64,000 bases of DNA from Lytechinus pictus. Taxonomy: Eukaryota. Made by a program: the position numbers and the translations under genes. The notes under the pieces were generated by a model. That model made no database searches. It worked only from the letters and a program-made list of their open reading frames with translations, and was not told the origin of the DNA. Positions 51,245 to 62,538 of this stretch are shown one piece after another. The stretch's first letter is position 1, and the number at the start of each line of letters is the position of its first letter. Where the stretch lies: NCBI RefSeq assembly GCF_037042905.1, contig NC_087252.1:3164001-3228000 (forward strand), read 5' to 3'.

Positions 51245-52731
51245 TGTAGTTTTTATTCTTGCAGAATTTGCGTTTGTGACCAAGTTCATTACAGAGGTAG
51301 CATCTGATTTTTTTCCCCGTAGCGGCAGTTTTGGTACTTGTGATTTGTTTCTCCGCGGTAAAAGCATCCGGAGTAGTTATGGGAGGATGTAACTTGCGCA
51401 TAACTCATTCTGTGATTCCATAGTTTAGGTTCATTTGATACATCTATTGCAGGTTGCAGATGTGGGTTTTGCATTGTCATTGAGATAGGATGCGGGGAGG
51501 ATGATGATGGTATGGGATGTCTGGAAGCATAGGTGGAAGATAAAGTTCTACGATTCTCATCATGCCTTTGTTGATCATCGTTTGAGATAGGCCTATCTCT
51601 TTCCGAGTTGATGTGGCGGATAAGACTGTCGGCGAATAATTTCACACCTTCAGGACTGAGATGTATGCCATCATTACATAGATGCCGGGTTGACTCAATG
51701 CAGTCGTTGTTGATAAAACCCCATCCATGGGATAAGGCCATTGATTTTAGTTGAGCATTAGTGACATTCAGTTTGTTTAGAAATTCACTTTGATAAGCTC
51801 TTCTTTTGATGATGGAGCTAATCGATATCGTATCTAATGAGGTGCATTCACCTTGGACTTGAAGGGCCAGTGACTCTATTTTCTTTTCAATAGTAATCGA
51901 GTCATTCACTGCCATATTATTTGATCCAACGTGTATGATGACCTCTTTAGGCAGGGTTTTTTCAACCATATTCCTTGTTGGTTCAAACAAATCTTCTACT
52001 TTTGCTCCTGGAAGGGTCTTACATTTAATTATCTTTGTTGAGGACATCGTAGATGGGTTGAGAGGCTTTATCATTGAATCTCCTCTTATAAGAACATCAC
52101 ATTGGAGCTTCCCTTTTTCATTTTCGGCTTTCTTTGCTAGCATGAAGTCACTTTCTTTCTTCTGCCTATAATCTGCCAATTGCTCACAAGAACTCTTTAC
52201 AATGGCGATTGTTTCTTCTACTTCTTCTTCAGTGTTATCAAGCAGTAGAGTATCGTATCTGTTGTTTACTTCGACGTTAGGGACATGGGCCTCCATGGAA
52301 GGAGATGGACTTTCATTCAGTTGAGTATTCATGTTGCTTTGTGTAGGTGAGGTTAATGACTCTACCAATGACGAAATCTGGTCTTCCATCTGAATCAATT
52401 GCTTAGAAACATACTCTCTTACAGCTTGATTGGTTCATTGTGATATTGGTACAGGGCTATTACTAGTAGATATCATATGTCGAAAGCCCATGAAATTGGC
52501 AAAATGATGACAAATATTAGAGTTAAGATGAGGGTAGATCTTGCATAGGCCATCGAAGATATGTCCGTTTTCAGACATTTCATCTTCCGTAAAGTAGGAA
52601 TTTAGAAGATACCCAACTGCCGACAATAAACTAGTTTTAGTTACATATTTGGGCAGTTTATAACGAAAAGAATCATTGCCCGATGACCCAGAGCATTCGT
52701 TCATTTTCAGATTTGACATAATGAAAGTCAC
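51245..52731 (-). pseudogene. LINE ORF1 with SGNH/GDSL esterase and two C-terminal zinc knuckles, disrupted
   Basis: GDSMIK, PGAKVED, IHVGSNN, DGIHLS; CFYRGETNHKYQNC, then after a frameshift CYLCNELGHKRKFC. Confidence 0.85.
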
Positions 52732-53716
52732 TTGATAAAAAGAAGGTTAAATTTGTGTGCTATATTGGTTCCATTTGGTTTCGGCACGTGTAAGTTAAAT
52801 TAGATGTACGATAGATGAGTCAAGAACTTACGTTGTAGATCGTGATCAAGAGTTCGTAGTCCGCCTCTGATAGTATGTGGGACTACAATATTTTGGCGTC
52901 TAGTCGTAGTCCATATATTTCCATGCAGTGAGTTATATATATCCAGCACCTTATGTTTGATTCCTTTTGCTGAATTCAGATTGCTTTATAGTATCCATGT
53001 ATATCCTCTCACTTAAAAACGTAGTTTTATCATTTACTGTATCAGTGAACAGACGAAAATGCAAATTTGAAGTAATATTCCGTGATTTTTCGATGAGAAA
53101 CCGATGACTGGATTAGTTTCTGTGGTTAGGAGTTGAGGAAATGCGCAGCAATTGGTAGTAGGCGAACTAGCTGGAGTGAGAAGAGGTATTTGTTTGGCAA
53201 GGTGTGGATCATGAAAGCAATAAACTATCAAATTAGAATCAAAACATTTAAATCGAGCTGGCTTGTTGTTTTTGCTTGGTTGACCGCTGAAAAAAAAAAG
53301 CCAGACGCATTAAGGAACCCATTATGACACATAACTACACCTAAAAATCTAAAGCGTACAAAAATGCATTAAAAAAACCCAAAAGATATACACGAAAAAA
53401 TAGTGTCCATCAGCGAGAGTCCATCAGTAAAGGGCAAGCTGGACAAGGCACAGGCAATGGGGGGGGGGCATAAATGCAGGCCAAAGTCAATCACAAACGT
53501 AGTCGCTAAAATACGAAGGGGGGATACGACGGCGTAGGGATACCGCCGGCCAATATTGGGGGCAGTGACGTCAAGAGGCCCTGGGGAATCTGACTGACCA
53601 GAAAGTGAAAGGGAAGGACTAACATCAGAGTTCGTGAGGAATATCAAGGGGGTCAGGAGGGGGGGGCAAGGGACATCCGGCACATCAGTAACGTCAGAGG
53701 CATTAGGCAAGCATTG

Positions 53717-56677
53717 TTAGTCATCCGCTGGGGTGGGACTGGAAAACTCCTCATCACGGTCGTCGTCGTCGTCGTCATCAGAAACCCTCGGTCGGGAAGG
53801 ATGAGAGGTAGGAATCCCTGGGGGGACCTTCAAGCAATCCGAGCGCCGGACACGGTATGACGTAGAACGGAGTTGGCTCGCAACAAACTTGCGAATGTTG
53901 CACCAATCGTTGTCGACACTGCAGACAAGGTAGCGAGGTCTGGCCTTGGTCTTAGTCCGGTCCGAGCGCAGGTAGACAAGGTCACCAACGTGAACAAGAG
54001 ACCCTCCCATCCAAGATAGGCGTTTGGGTGCCTTCGATTCCATACTGGGGCCATGGTTGGAGAGCAGTTTCTCATGTTGATTGGTAATAACGTCCATGTC
54101 ACGCAACGGAATCTGTTCACTTGTGAATTGGTCACGCTGGGTCCGAAGTTCACGAGCAGAGAGACCAACGCCACGGATGCGGCTATTAAGACGTGCGGTG
54201 GCCAGAGCAAGCGCAAGTGGAGTAACAGGACCACCACGGGGATCATCACGAAGCAGCTTATCTTCCAGCTCACGGACAGCTTTCTCAGCAACAGGATTCT
54301 TGTTGATGTTCTTGGCACGGCCAATCTCTAAAGTGATGCTCTGACTGCGCAAGGACTCATCGTGTTGGAGAGCAGAAAATCCTGGCGCAGGGTCGGTGCG
54401 GACGACAGATGGAGGGCCATCAAGTGGCCTGAGAGGTGCGCATAGTTGAAGGAGGGCTGTGCGGAGATTCTCCTTGCATTCATCTGCAATCAAAGTGCTT
54501 ACAGTATAAGAAGTGACACTCTCCCTGAGGATGAAAACTAGTTGGCGGGAACGCTTGATGACATCCGCAGCAAAAGACACCCCAATGACACAAGGAGGGC
54601 CACCTGTAGACTGAGGAGTAGCAACACGAGGAACATTCTGGAGGGAGAGACAGCTGTGACAGCCGATAGTCACTTGTTGAATTGCTGCATCAAGATCCAG
54701 GGGGAAAAAAGGGCATAGAAATACCGTGAGACAACCTGCTTGAGTTGGTGTGATGTGGGGTGACCAAGTTAAAGATGAAGGGCAGTAAGAATCCCCTGTA
54801 GCACATTGCTGTGGCAAGATTCCGGTGGACGACCAGTAAGCCATCACGAGCGATAGTGGCAACCTGGAGATATCGCTTCACATCACTGTCAACTTCTTCG
54901 ACGGCGAGTACCCTGAGTAAGGTGGGCATGGGCACGGCGGAGGGCCGGACAATCAGACTGAATGCGTGACGAGATGTGAAAGGGAGGCGTATCTTCCCTG
55001 AGAGGATGTCAGCAACAGAAGTAAGATGGACAACAGAGTCTTCCATCCATGAAATGAAAGTACAGATCTGGCATCGAACATCATGGCATGGGGGAGCATT
55101 CCTACTCGCAAAGTCAGCTGGGACATTAGCGGAGCCCGCCAGGTAGAAACCCGTGGACTGGCAGAAAACTCACCATGACACAATTTCTCATAAGCCTGAA
55201 CACAAGGTTTGCTGTCAGTAAGAATGCAGACAGGGTGGTGAGACTGGATGATGTATGGGCTGAAATGCTTGGTGGCGGCAGCGATGGACAGTGCTTCTAC
55301 TTCACAAGGTAACCATGTGATTTGACGACCACGGAGCTTCGCGCTGAAGAAACCTGCGATGAAAGGTGTCCGGTCTCTTGTGACGTACATGGTAGTGCCG
55401 AGACCATGATTCTTCACGGATCCATCAGTGACAATCCATAGCTGATCAGATGGCCGGGGTATAGTAACCGTACGAGTAGACTTGATGCCGGACTGGGCTT
55501 TGTTGAAGGCATCATGAAGCTCATCCGTCCAGCAGATGCGGTCTTGAGATTTCATACCTGCAATCGATTCATCCAGGGGGCCCAGATAGGATGCGCAATT
55601 TGGGAGAACGCGAGCAAGCATATTTTAGACTCCAATGAAAGACCGCATCCCCTTCACGGTTGAAGGGCATGAGCACGTTGACACAGTTGTTATCCTCTGA
55701 GGACTTGCTTTGAGGTTCCCTTCAGACTAAACCCACCCTAAAATAGTGGTGGTTTTTTGACAAACGGTAGGCTTAGATGTAGAAAGGTGAAGATCATTGG
55801 AGGCTAGTGCATGTAACACCCTGGACCAGTTATGCAAAAGGGCCTGCCAGGTGTCACCACCACAGGACAAGTCGTCTGCAAGCTTGACAACAACACCTTC
55901 AAACAATATATCTCCCAGCACTCGACATATCAACCCCTCCAATGCCGTCTCTGATCTTGGCATACCCATAGCACAGCGGGTGTAAACTCTGATGCCGCGG
56001 AAAGGGGTAGCAACACCACAATACTTCATCGAATCACGAGAGTGAGGTATTTGATAAAAGGCACTTGCAAGGTCAGATGCAATAATGTACTTCCATTGAC
56101 CTATCTTTCTCAGAGTGGAATCAACATCAGGCAAAACTGAGGGCTGTGGCTTAGAGTAGCGCCCAATATCAGCAAAGGCTGTGACAAGACAAGAGCCGTC
56201 ATTCGGCTTCTTCACAAGAAACGACGGGTTGACATATTCAACCGTAACACCACTATCCTCAGGGCGTGCAAAGACGCCGAGTTTCTCAAGGTCATCAAAC
56301 TTTCCCTGCAATTCAACAAGCTTATCTTGGAAATACAAGGGAAGGCGACCCTTGCGTTGTGGGGGCCGCACAGGACTCATGTTCACAACGGCCTTGAATG
56401 GACCAGATGCACCATTGTAGCCCTTTAACGAAGGGCTAAACACACAATCATGTTCTGCATGAATAGACTGAAAATCGCCCCTTGCTTTGGGGGGGGGGGT
56501 GGAGGATATTATCAGGATCCACAATAACAGACTGAGAAGGCTGTGATAAGGTCGGCCCTCCCTGCACCACAGAAGGAAGGGCAGTCTGACTAGGAGGAAT
56601 TTGCGCAACCTGATCGCCATCTGAGATAACCACTGGACAAGCCTGACAAAGATTTTCATTGGGACGGATAACACAAG
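53717..56677 (-). pseudogene. LTR-element pol (RT, RNase H, integrase), frameshifted
   Basis: [28 protein letters not shown]; RNase H WIVTDGS...CEVEAL...ILTDSKP; integrase CHSC, AADVIK, RTDPAPGF, NPVAEKAVRELE. Confidence 0.9.
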
Positions 56678-59600
56678 GGTTCCATGACAATTGCTCCGCC
56701 GACATCTGCTCCGCCGACAATTGCTACGCAAAATACGACAACTGCTCCGCCGACAATTGCTCCGGACAGTTGCTCCACCGACAGTTGCTCCGTCGACAGT
56801 TGCTCCGCCGATATTTGCTCCGTCGACACTTGCTCCGCCGATATTTGCTCCGTCGACATCTGCTCCGCCGATATTTGCTCCGCCGACAATTGCTCCGCCG
56901 ATAATTGCTCCGCCGACATCTGCTCCGATTATACCACAATTGCTCCGCCGATATTTGCTCCGCCAAAATCTGCTCCGCCGATAATTGCTCCGCCGAAAAT
57001 TGCTCCGCCGTCATGTGCTCCGATAATACAATTGCATGAACAAATTGTTTTGTTGTTGTTTTTTTCTTATTATTCGTTAATGTTTTATTTATTTATTTCT
57101 TTCTCCCCTATCATCACAGCTTTCTGCTTAAAAAAAATGTTCTCCCTGCCGCCGCCACTTGACAAATTGTAACGCAGAAGGGGAATGACACCCTCCCCAT
57201 TGAAATTGTGAATCTGGATTTTTGTTCATATATTATTATCATTAGTTTCAATCCGGACTTGAGCGGGGAGAGAATGGGGGGGGGGGGTGGTGCTGGACAC
57301 AATATCTCTTCCATAGGCGGATCCAGGGGAGGGGCCGAGGGGCCCGCCTCCCCCCCAAACTATTGGCGGAGCAAAAAAAAAAGATGGAAAAGAGAAGAGT
57401 AAAAAGAAGAGGAGGAAGACGAGCAAATAAAATAAGATGAGGGAAAGACTTGGAAAATAAAAAGAATCTTTCATATCACTGTATAAAATTGCCTGTTAGG
57501 GGATTTTCATATCTTGTTCAATAATTATGGAGTTCAAATATCAAGTTTGGAAGTCAATATACAAAACATTTTTCACCTCAGGAATCGAACTTTCATTATT
57601 TTGTGTGATTTACAAATTGATTTTTTAAAAGTGCTCTGTAAAAATGTCAGTTTTATGGTCTGATTTTTAATATTTTCTGCTCGCGCTGCGCACTCGCAAA
57701 TTTTGATTTATCAGGTACCTATTATTTTCGTGTATTCCGTAAAGTTGTCAAAATATCCCTTTTCAGGTCTGATTGTCAAAACGTATAAGCTAGCGCTGCA
57801 TTCGCATTTGAATGGAGAGTTATGTATGTCTCAATATTGAATATACAAATAAACTACTTAAAATCCCCATTTAATGACAGTTTATCACAAAATTTGGCTC
57901 GCGATTTGCGCTTGCATTAATGGTTAAAAATATATTAACTGATGCATCCTATTCATGACTACAAAAGTGCTTGAAATGTCCAGTTTTCAGACCATAATAT
58001 CATCAGATTTCGTTCCGTCATTAGGCATTAATGAGTAAGATATTAATTTATAAATTAAATTGTCCCTTTTGTTTTGTCTCGCGCTTAGCAAGAGAAATAG
58101 GAAAATAGTCATCATTTTCATATGATGGCATGTCCTATATGTCAAAACTCAAAGTAATAATAGAACATATCAGCTCTTTATTAAATGCAATCCATATCCA
58201 CCTCACAATTTCCCTACAAAGTGCTTGAAATTGATTCTGTTTTTTAGTCGGAATATCAAAAAGTTTAATCTATTTAAATCATTATCCAGTTTCAGATCAC
58301 AATATCAAAAATTTTCTGCTCGCACTTTGTGCTCGCATTATCAAGTTAGGAAGATCCCATATTACTCATTCTTTTCATGATTTACAAAACATGAATAGAG
58401 TGTCCCGTTTTAGGTCTAAATCTCGATTTTTCCGCTCGCGCTTCGCGCTCGTAATTGGTTAGTTAATAGCCATCCTGTTCACGATTACAAAAATTGATTG
58501 AAATTTTCCATTCTTTATGTAGAAATTTCAAAATGATTCAGCTCGCGCTTCGCGCTCGCATTATTTGATTGTTGAAATATGTATCGTCTTCATGGCTAAG
58601 TGCAAGCAGTCCTTAACAGGTACCTTTTCGATCACATTAAATGTATACATATAAAAATTTTCTGCTTGCGCTTTGGGCTCGCATTATTAATGTAAGGAAG
58701 ATCCCCAATTACTCATCCTTTCCATGATTTACAAAACATAGAGTGTCTCGTTCAGTAGGTCTAAATCTCGCGCTCGCATTATTTGATTTTTAAAGTATTT
58801 AACGTATTCATGGCTAACTGCAAGCAATATTTAACAGGTACCTTTTCCATCAGTTCATTTCTGCTCGCGCTTCGCGTTTGTAGTAATTATTTAGTTGCAT
58901 ACACATCTTTTTCAGGATAACAAACATTGACCAGAATGTAAAAATTTTAGGAAAAATACATAAAATTTCCTTATATGATTAAGGATTATATTATATATTT
59001 ATGTTGATTTATAATAAAGCTAAGAAGTGATTATTAGGACTACCCCTTCAAAGTGACCAAAATCATCATCGAGCGGCCGATCGGGGAAAATATGGTTTAA
59101 ACCCCCCCCCCCCTATTGGCGAAGGCTGGATCCGCCCCTGCTCTTCTGCTTTCCAGCAACTTATACACCATACATTCGCGCACGCCCCTCTCTCTCTCTC
59201 CCTCTTTCTCGTTTTGTTCTTTCACACTATTTATTTTCATTGGTTACCGCTAGATTTATTTCACATTTATCAGCATTATAATTATTAATCTTTTTATCAA
59301 TATTTTTTAATACGTCTTGGGCTTTATCTACCCTTGCACCTTTTTTCATTCAAAAGAAAGCATGATCATCACTGGCGTACAGATAGGGGAGGGGCGTGCT
59401 AGGGGTCACGGATCCCCCCCCCCCATTCTCCCTACCAATAAAAAAAAAAGAATAAAGGAAAGGAAACTAAATGTCATCCTTGTCTGGCCCCCTCCGTTTT
59501 TTTTTTTGGCTCATTACGCTACTGGTGAGTTACTGCAAGACGAGACTTCGGTTGTATTTTATTCTATTCTGTGCAATAGCAACACTATAAATATATTTCA

Positions 59601-60468
59601 ATAAATGAATATATGTATGTATATCTCTCATAACGTATAAACAAATAATGTTGTTTTTAAAAGAAATAATATATATACATACCAGTAATAATATAGTAAC
59701 ATATTCATGAAACCCAATAACGCATCGCACTGAATTTATAATGCGAGCACGAAGCGCGAGCTGTAATCAACCTGGAAATGGGACATTTATACGCATTTTT
59801 TTTTATTGTAAACATGAAGCATACCTATTGAATTTCACCTGGAGCAAATATCTCCAATTCGGAGCATATTTCGCCAGAGCGATTTTGACGCTAAGAAGTT
59901 TTCTTTGTACTGTCATAATAATTACATGAACACGCGTAATTTGGGGCTTCAGCCCCAATTTTTTTCCCAAAACCGTGTACAAAAACGTAAAAATTACCAT
60001 ATGATTGTGATTTTTAGCATGGTCAGCCCCCACTTTGAAAACCGTTCCGCGCCCCCTGTTTATGTCATGTAGTATATCATGCAAGCACAGTTTAAGTTTA
60101 CTTTGCATTGACGTCTTCATCCTGTGCTACAATTGTTACGCGCATGAAAGTACGAATAGATGAATACATAAATGTCGCATTATCGGAGCAATTTACGGCG
60201 GAGCAGAAGTCGGCGGAGCAAATATTGACGGAGCAGATTTTGGCGGAGCAAATATCGGCGGAGCAATTGTCGTATAATCGGAGCAGATGTCGACGGAGCA
60301 AATATCGGCGGAGCAAGTGTCGACGGAGCAAATATCGGCGGAGCAATTGTCGACGGAGCAACTGTCGGCGGAGCAACTGTCCGGAGCAATTGTCGGCGGA
60401 GCAGTTGTCGTATTTTGCGTAGCAATTGTCGGCGGAGCAGATGTCGGCGGAGCAATTGTCGGGTCACC
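56678..60468. mobile_element. TU/foldback-like DNA element: ~330-bp inverted termini made of 15-bp tandem repeats, 8-bp TSD
   Basis: AACACAAG at 56670-56677 and 60469-60476; unit TGCTCCGCCGACAAT on the left (56685-57030) and its inverse on the right (60180-60460). Excision restores the pol frame [14 protein letters not shown]. Confidence 0.9.
57312..59140. mobile_element. hAT-like non-autonomous element with 6-bp TSD, nested in the TU-like element; internal degenerate GCTCGCGCTTCGCGCTCGC repeats
   Basis: CTCTTC|CATAGGCGGATCCAG ... CTGGATCCGCCCCTG|CTCTTC. Confidence 0.8.
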
Positions 60469-62300
60469 AACACAAGGACCGCGAGAGAGGTTTGGTATGC
60501 GGATCCTACCAGCAACACTTGAGACCACACCTGGAGCCGGAAAGAATTCTGTGATCATTGGTGTAGGAGGGGAATCCGAGCGAGGCTCCAAGACAAGTGT
60601 CTCATCAGCAGAAAACTCAGGAGGGAGGGAAAACTCAACGAATTCACCAGGCCAAATGGTGGTAGTTTGAGAAGGGGCACGAAGGACAAATGCGCGACGC
60701 ACTGCATGACCATCCTTAGGCTTACTACAGGAACCGTAACTAAACACAGTACCATCAGCCAAGGAAATATCCCTCCTTGCTGGCCTGATGGCCACATCAT
60801 TCCTTTCCATAAATGGAGTACCAGCCAAAGAGTCAACATCAAGGTTCTCAATGACCAATCCTTCAAAGTGGAACTCATGACTGCCACAACAAACGGTGAA
60901 ACGAGTTTCACCACATACCTGCAGCGGGGAGGACCCATCAGCCTGATGAGCTGACTGGGTGGTGGAGGACACGTTACAACCTAATACTCGGGCCGTAGAA
61001 GCACGCATCATGTTCCCAGTAGCACCACTGTTGAGGGTGATACGAACAGCATGATGAATATAAAATGCGTCGAAATAAGGAGACTGGCGAACTTGGACAT
61101 GCAGTGTGGAAGAAGTACCTCCACGGCCAGGGTCTGGTGACAAACAAGCCTCGTCACATGACTCCTGGGACCTGTTGCATAAAACTTTTTACCTGAGAAA
61201 ACTCTGGTAAAAACTGAAAACTAAGGTTAGTCTGATTTTTGCCATTGACTTTAACACAGGGCAAAAACTCAGGTAAAAACAACCTGAGTTTTCTCAGGTA
61301 AAAAGTTTTATGCAACGGGCTCCTGGGGTCAACATCAACGTCAAAATCATCAGAACCACCATCATCGAAAATCTTGGCAACCTGCATGGCCTTTGCCATG
61401 CACTGCGGATCAGAGTCTAAAAGGTAAGGACAGACACTAAAAAAATGGTCACTAGGACGGCCAGCCTGAACGCAGAGTGGACAACATTTGGAAGGCCTGG
61501 GACGGAACTTCGCCGGGGTTCGAGAATGAGTACGCTGGGGAGCAGTCTGACTACGACCACGAGGCGGAAAGCCGCTGTACGCATTGCCCTGGAACATTCA
61601 ACTGACTCCAATCACTAGTAAGGGCCTGAGAAATTTCAGGTTTGAGGGATGCAAGTGTGCGTGAACGGAGTTCTGTGTCGTACCTTTGCTTCACCACCTG
61701 GGGAAGGTCAGGGTGCAAAAGGCGAAGCCACTGCAGAACGATGAAATTCTCAATTGTAAGCGAAAGTTCTTCATCATCCAGGATGGGATCACCGTGATGG
61801 GTAATACCACCACCAGCCGTCAACAAATTGTCCTCGACAAAGGCAAGTAATCTCTGACATAAATCTTCTGGTCGCTCATCAGATTCCAGCTTTATCTCGC
61901 AAAAATCCAAAAAATGGGCACCTGTTGCCTGGAAGCCATAGTGAAGTCTAGAAGTGGCCCAAATGTCATTCAAAGAAGTGGAATTGCGAACAATAGAATT
62001 TCTAGCAATGACGGGACAAAAATTAGCAATCTGACCGAGCATAAGATCAAGGAGGTTCGCTTTTTGTTGAGCAGTGTTGCGTAGCTCTGAAGGAAGAGAG
62101 GGATTGTCATCTATGAAACCCCTTGTGGGGTTAGCTTTTGTTTTCTTACCCCATGTTACCGACTCAGAAAGGAAGAATGTAAAGTTAGGGTCAATATTCA
62201 AGGTGTACAAAAGATTATGTCTCCATCCTTCAAAGGATGTAATTGATTCGAATTTACCCAAGCATCATTGCTTTGGTACTTTCGGCATACTGCACGCCAT
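60469..62300 (-). pseudogene. LTR-element gag and protease, with stops/frameshifts and a MITE insertion
   Basis: [33 protein letters not shown]...; Cys/His cluster CPLCVQAGRPSDHFFSVC; protease ITLNSGATGNM (D->N) ... LAGTPFM. Confidence 0.8.
61168..61322. mobile_element. PIF/Harbinger-type MITE (155 bp) inserted in gag
   Basis: CTG|GGACCTGTTGCATAAAACTTTTTACCTGAGAAAACTC ... GAGTTTTCTCAGGTAAAAAGTTTTATGCAACGGGCTC|CTG. Confidence 0.9.
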
Positions 62301-62472
62301 TGTAAGGCTGTGGGACCAACACTAATTACGGCTAGATCTAACCAACTACTCGTTCACGGTAAACTTACATTTACGGTGCAACCGGCAAAGTCCAGCAAAG
62401 TCTCAGCAAAGTCCTTCAAATGTGGCCTAAGAAAAACATTCAGGCGTGAGTAAATCCCAATAGCGGCCACCA

Positions 62473-62538
62473 CGACAATAAATTAGGACACGGAAGCAAC
62501 TTTGTAGTTAGGATCAATATTGAATTAACCGTAATCAA
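62473..62538 (-). repeat. 5' LTR remnant, interrupted by a LINE
   Basis: CGACAATAAATTAGGACACGGAAGCAACTTTGTAGTTAGGATCAATATT..ATTAACCGTAATCAA shared with 47290; tRNA-Leu-like PBS adjacent at 62472-62453. Confidence 0.85.

Larger units (their letters stand above)
47662..53288 (-). mobile_element. Near full-length CR1/L2-group LINE in the LTR element 3' UTR
   Basis: ORF1 and ORF2 below; 3' end with CAGGACC..GAAAAACAG..TTATCCTG hairpin region and (TAAA)n tail at about 47662-47740. The 5' boundary is approximate. Confidence 0.9.
47290..62538 (-). mobile_element. Atypical Gypsy-like LTR retrotransposon (gag-PR-RT-RH-IN), decayed, hosting four nested insertions
   Basis: 3' LTR 47437-47290 (TG...CG) preceded by PPT AAGGAAAAAG (47447-47438). 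5' LTR remnant 62538-62473 (65/66 identical) followed by PBS TGGTGGCCGCTATTGGGAT. Coding remnants 62300-53717. Confidence 0.88.

Noticed and set aside
56685..60460. Regular repeats and repetitive ORFs (SAEQL, APPTI, LLRR) suggesting a CRISPR array or repeat protein
   Set aside because: 15-bp tandem units with no unique spacers, mirrored at both ends of a TSD-flanked element. The ORFs arise because the unit length is a multiple of 3.
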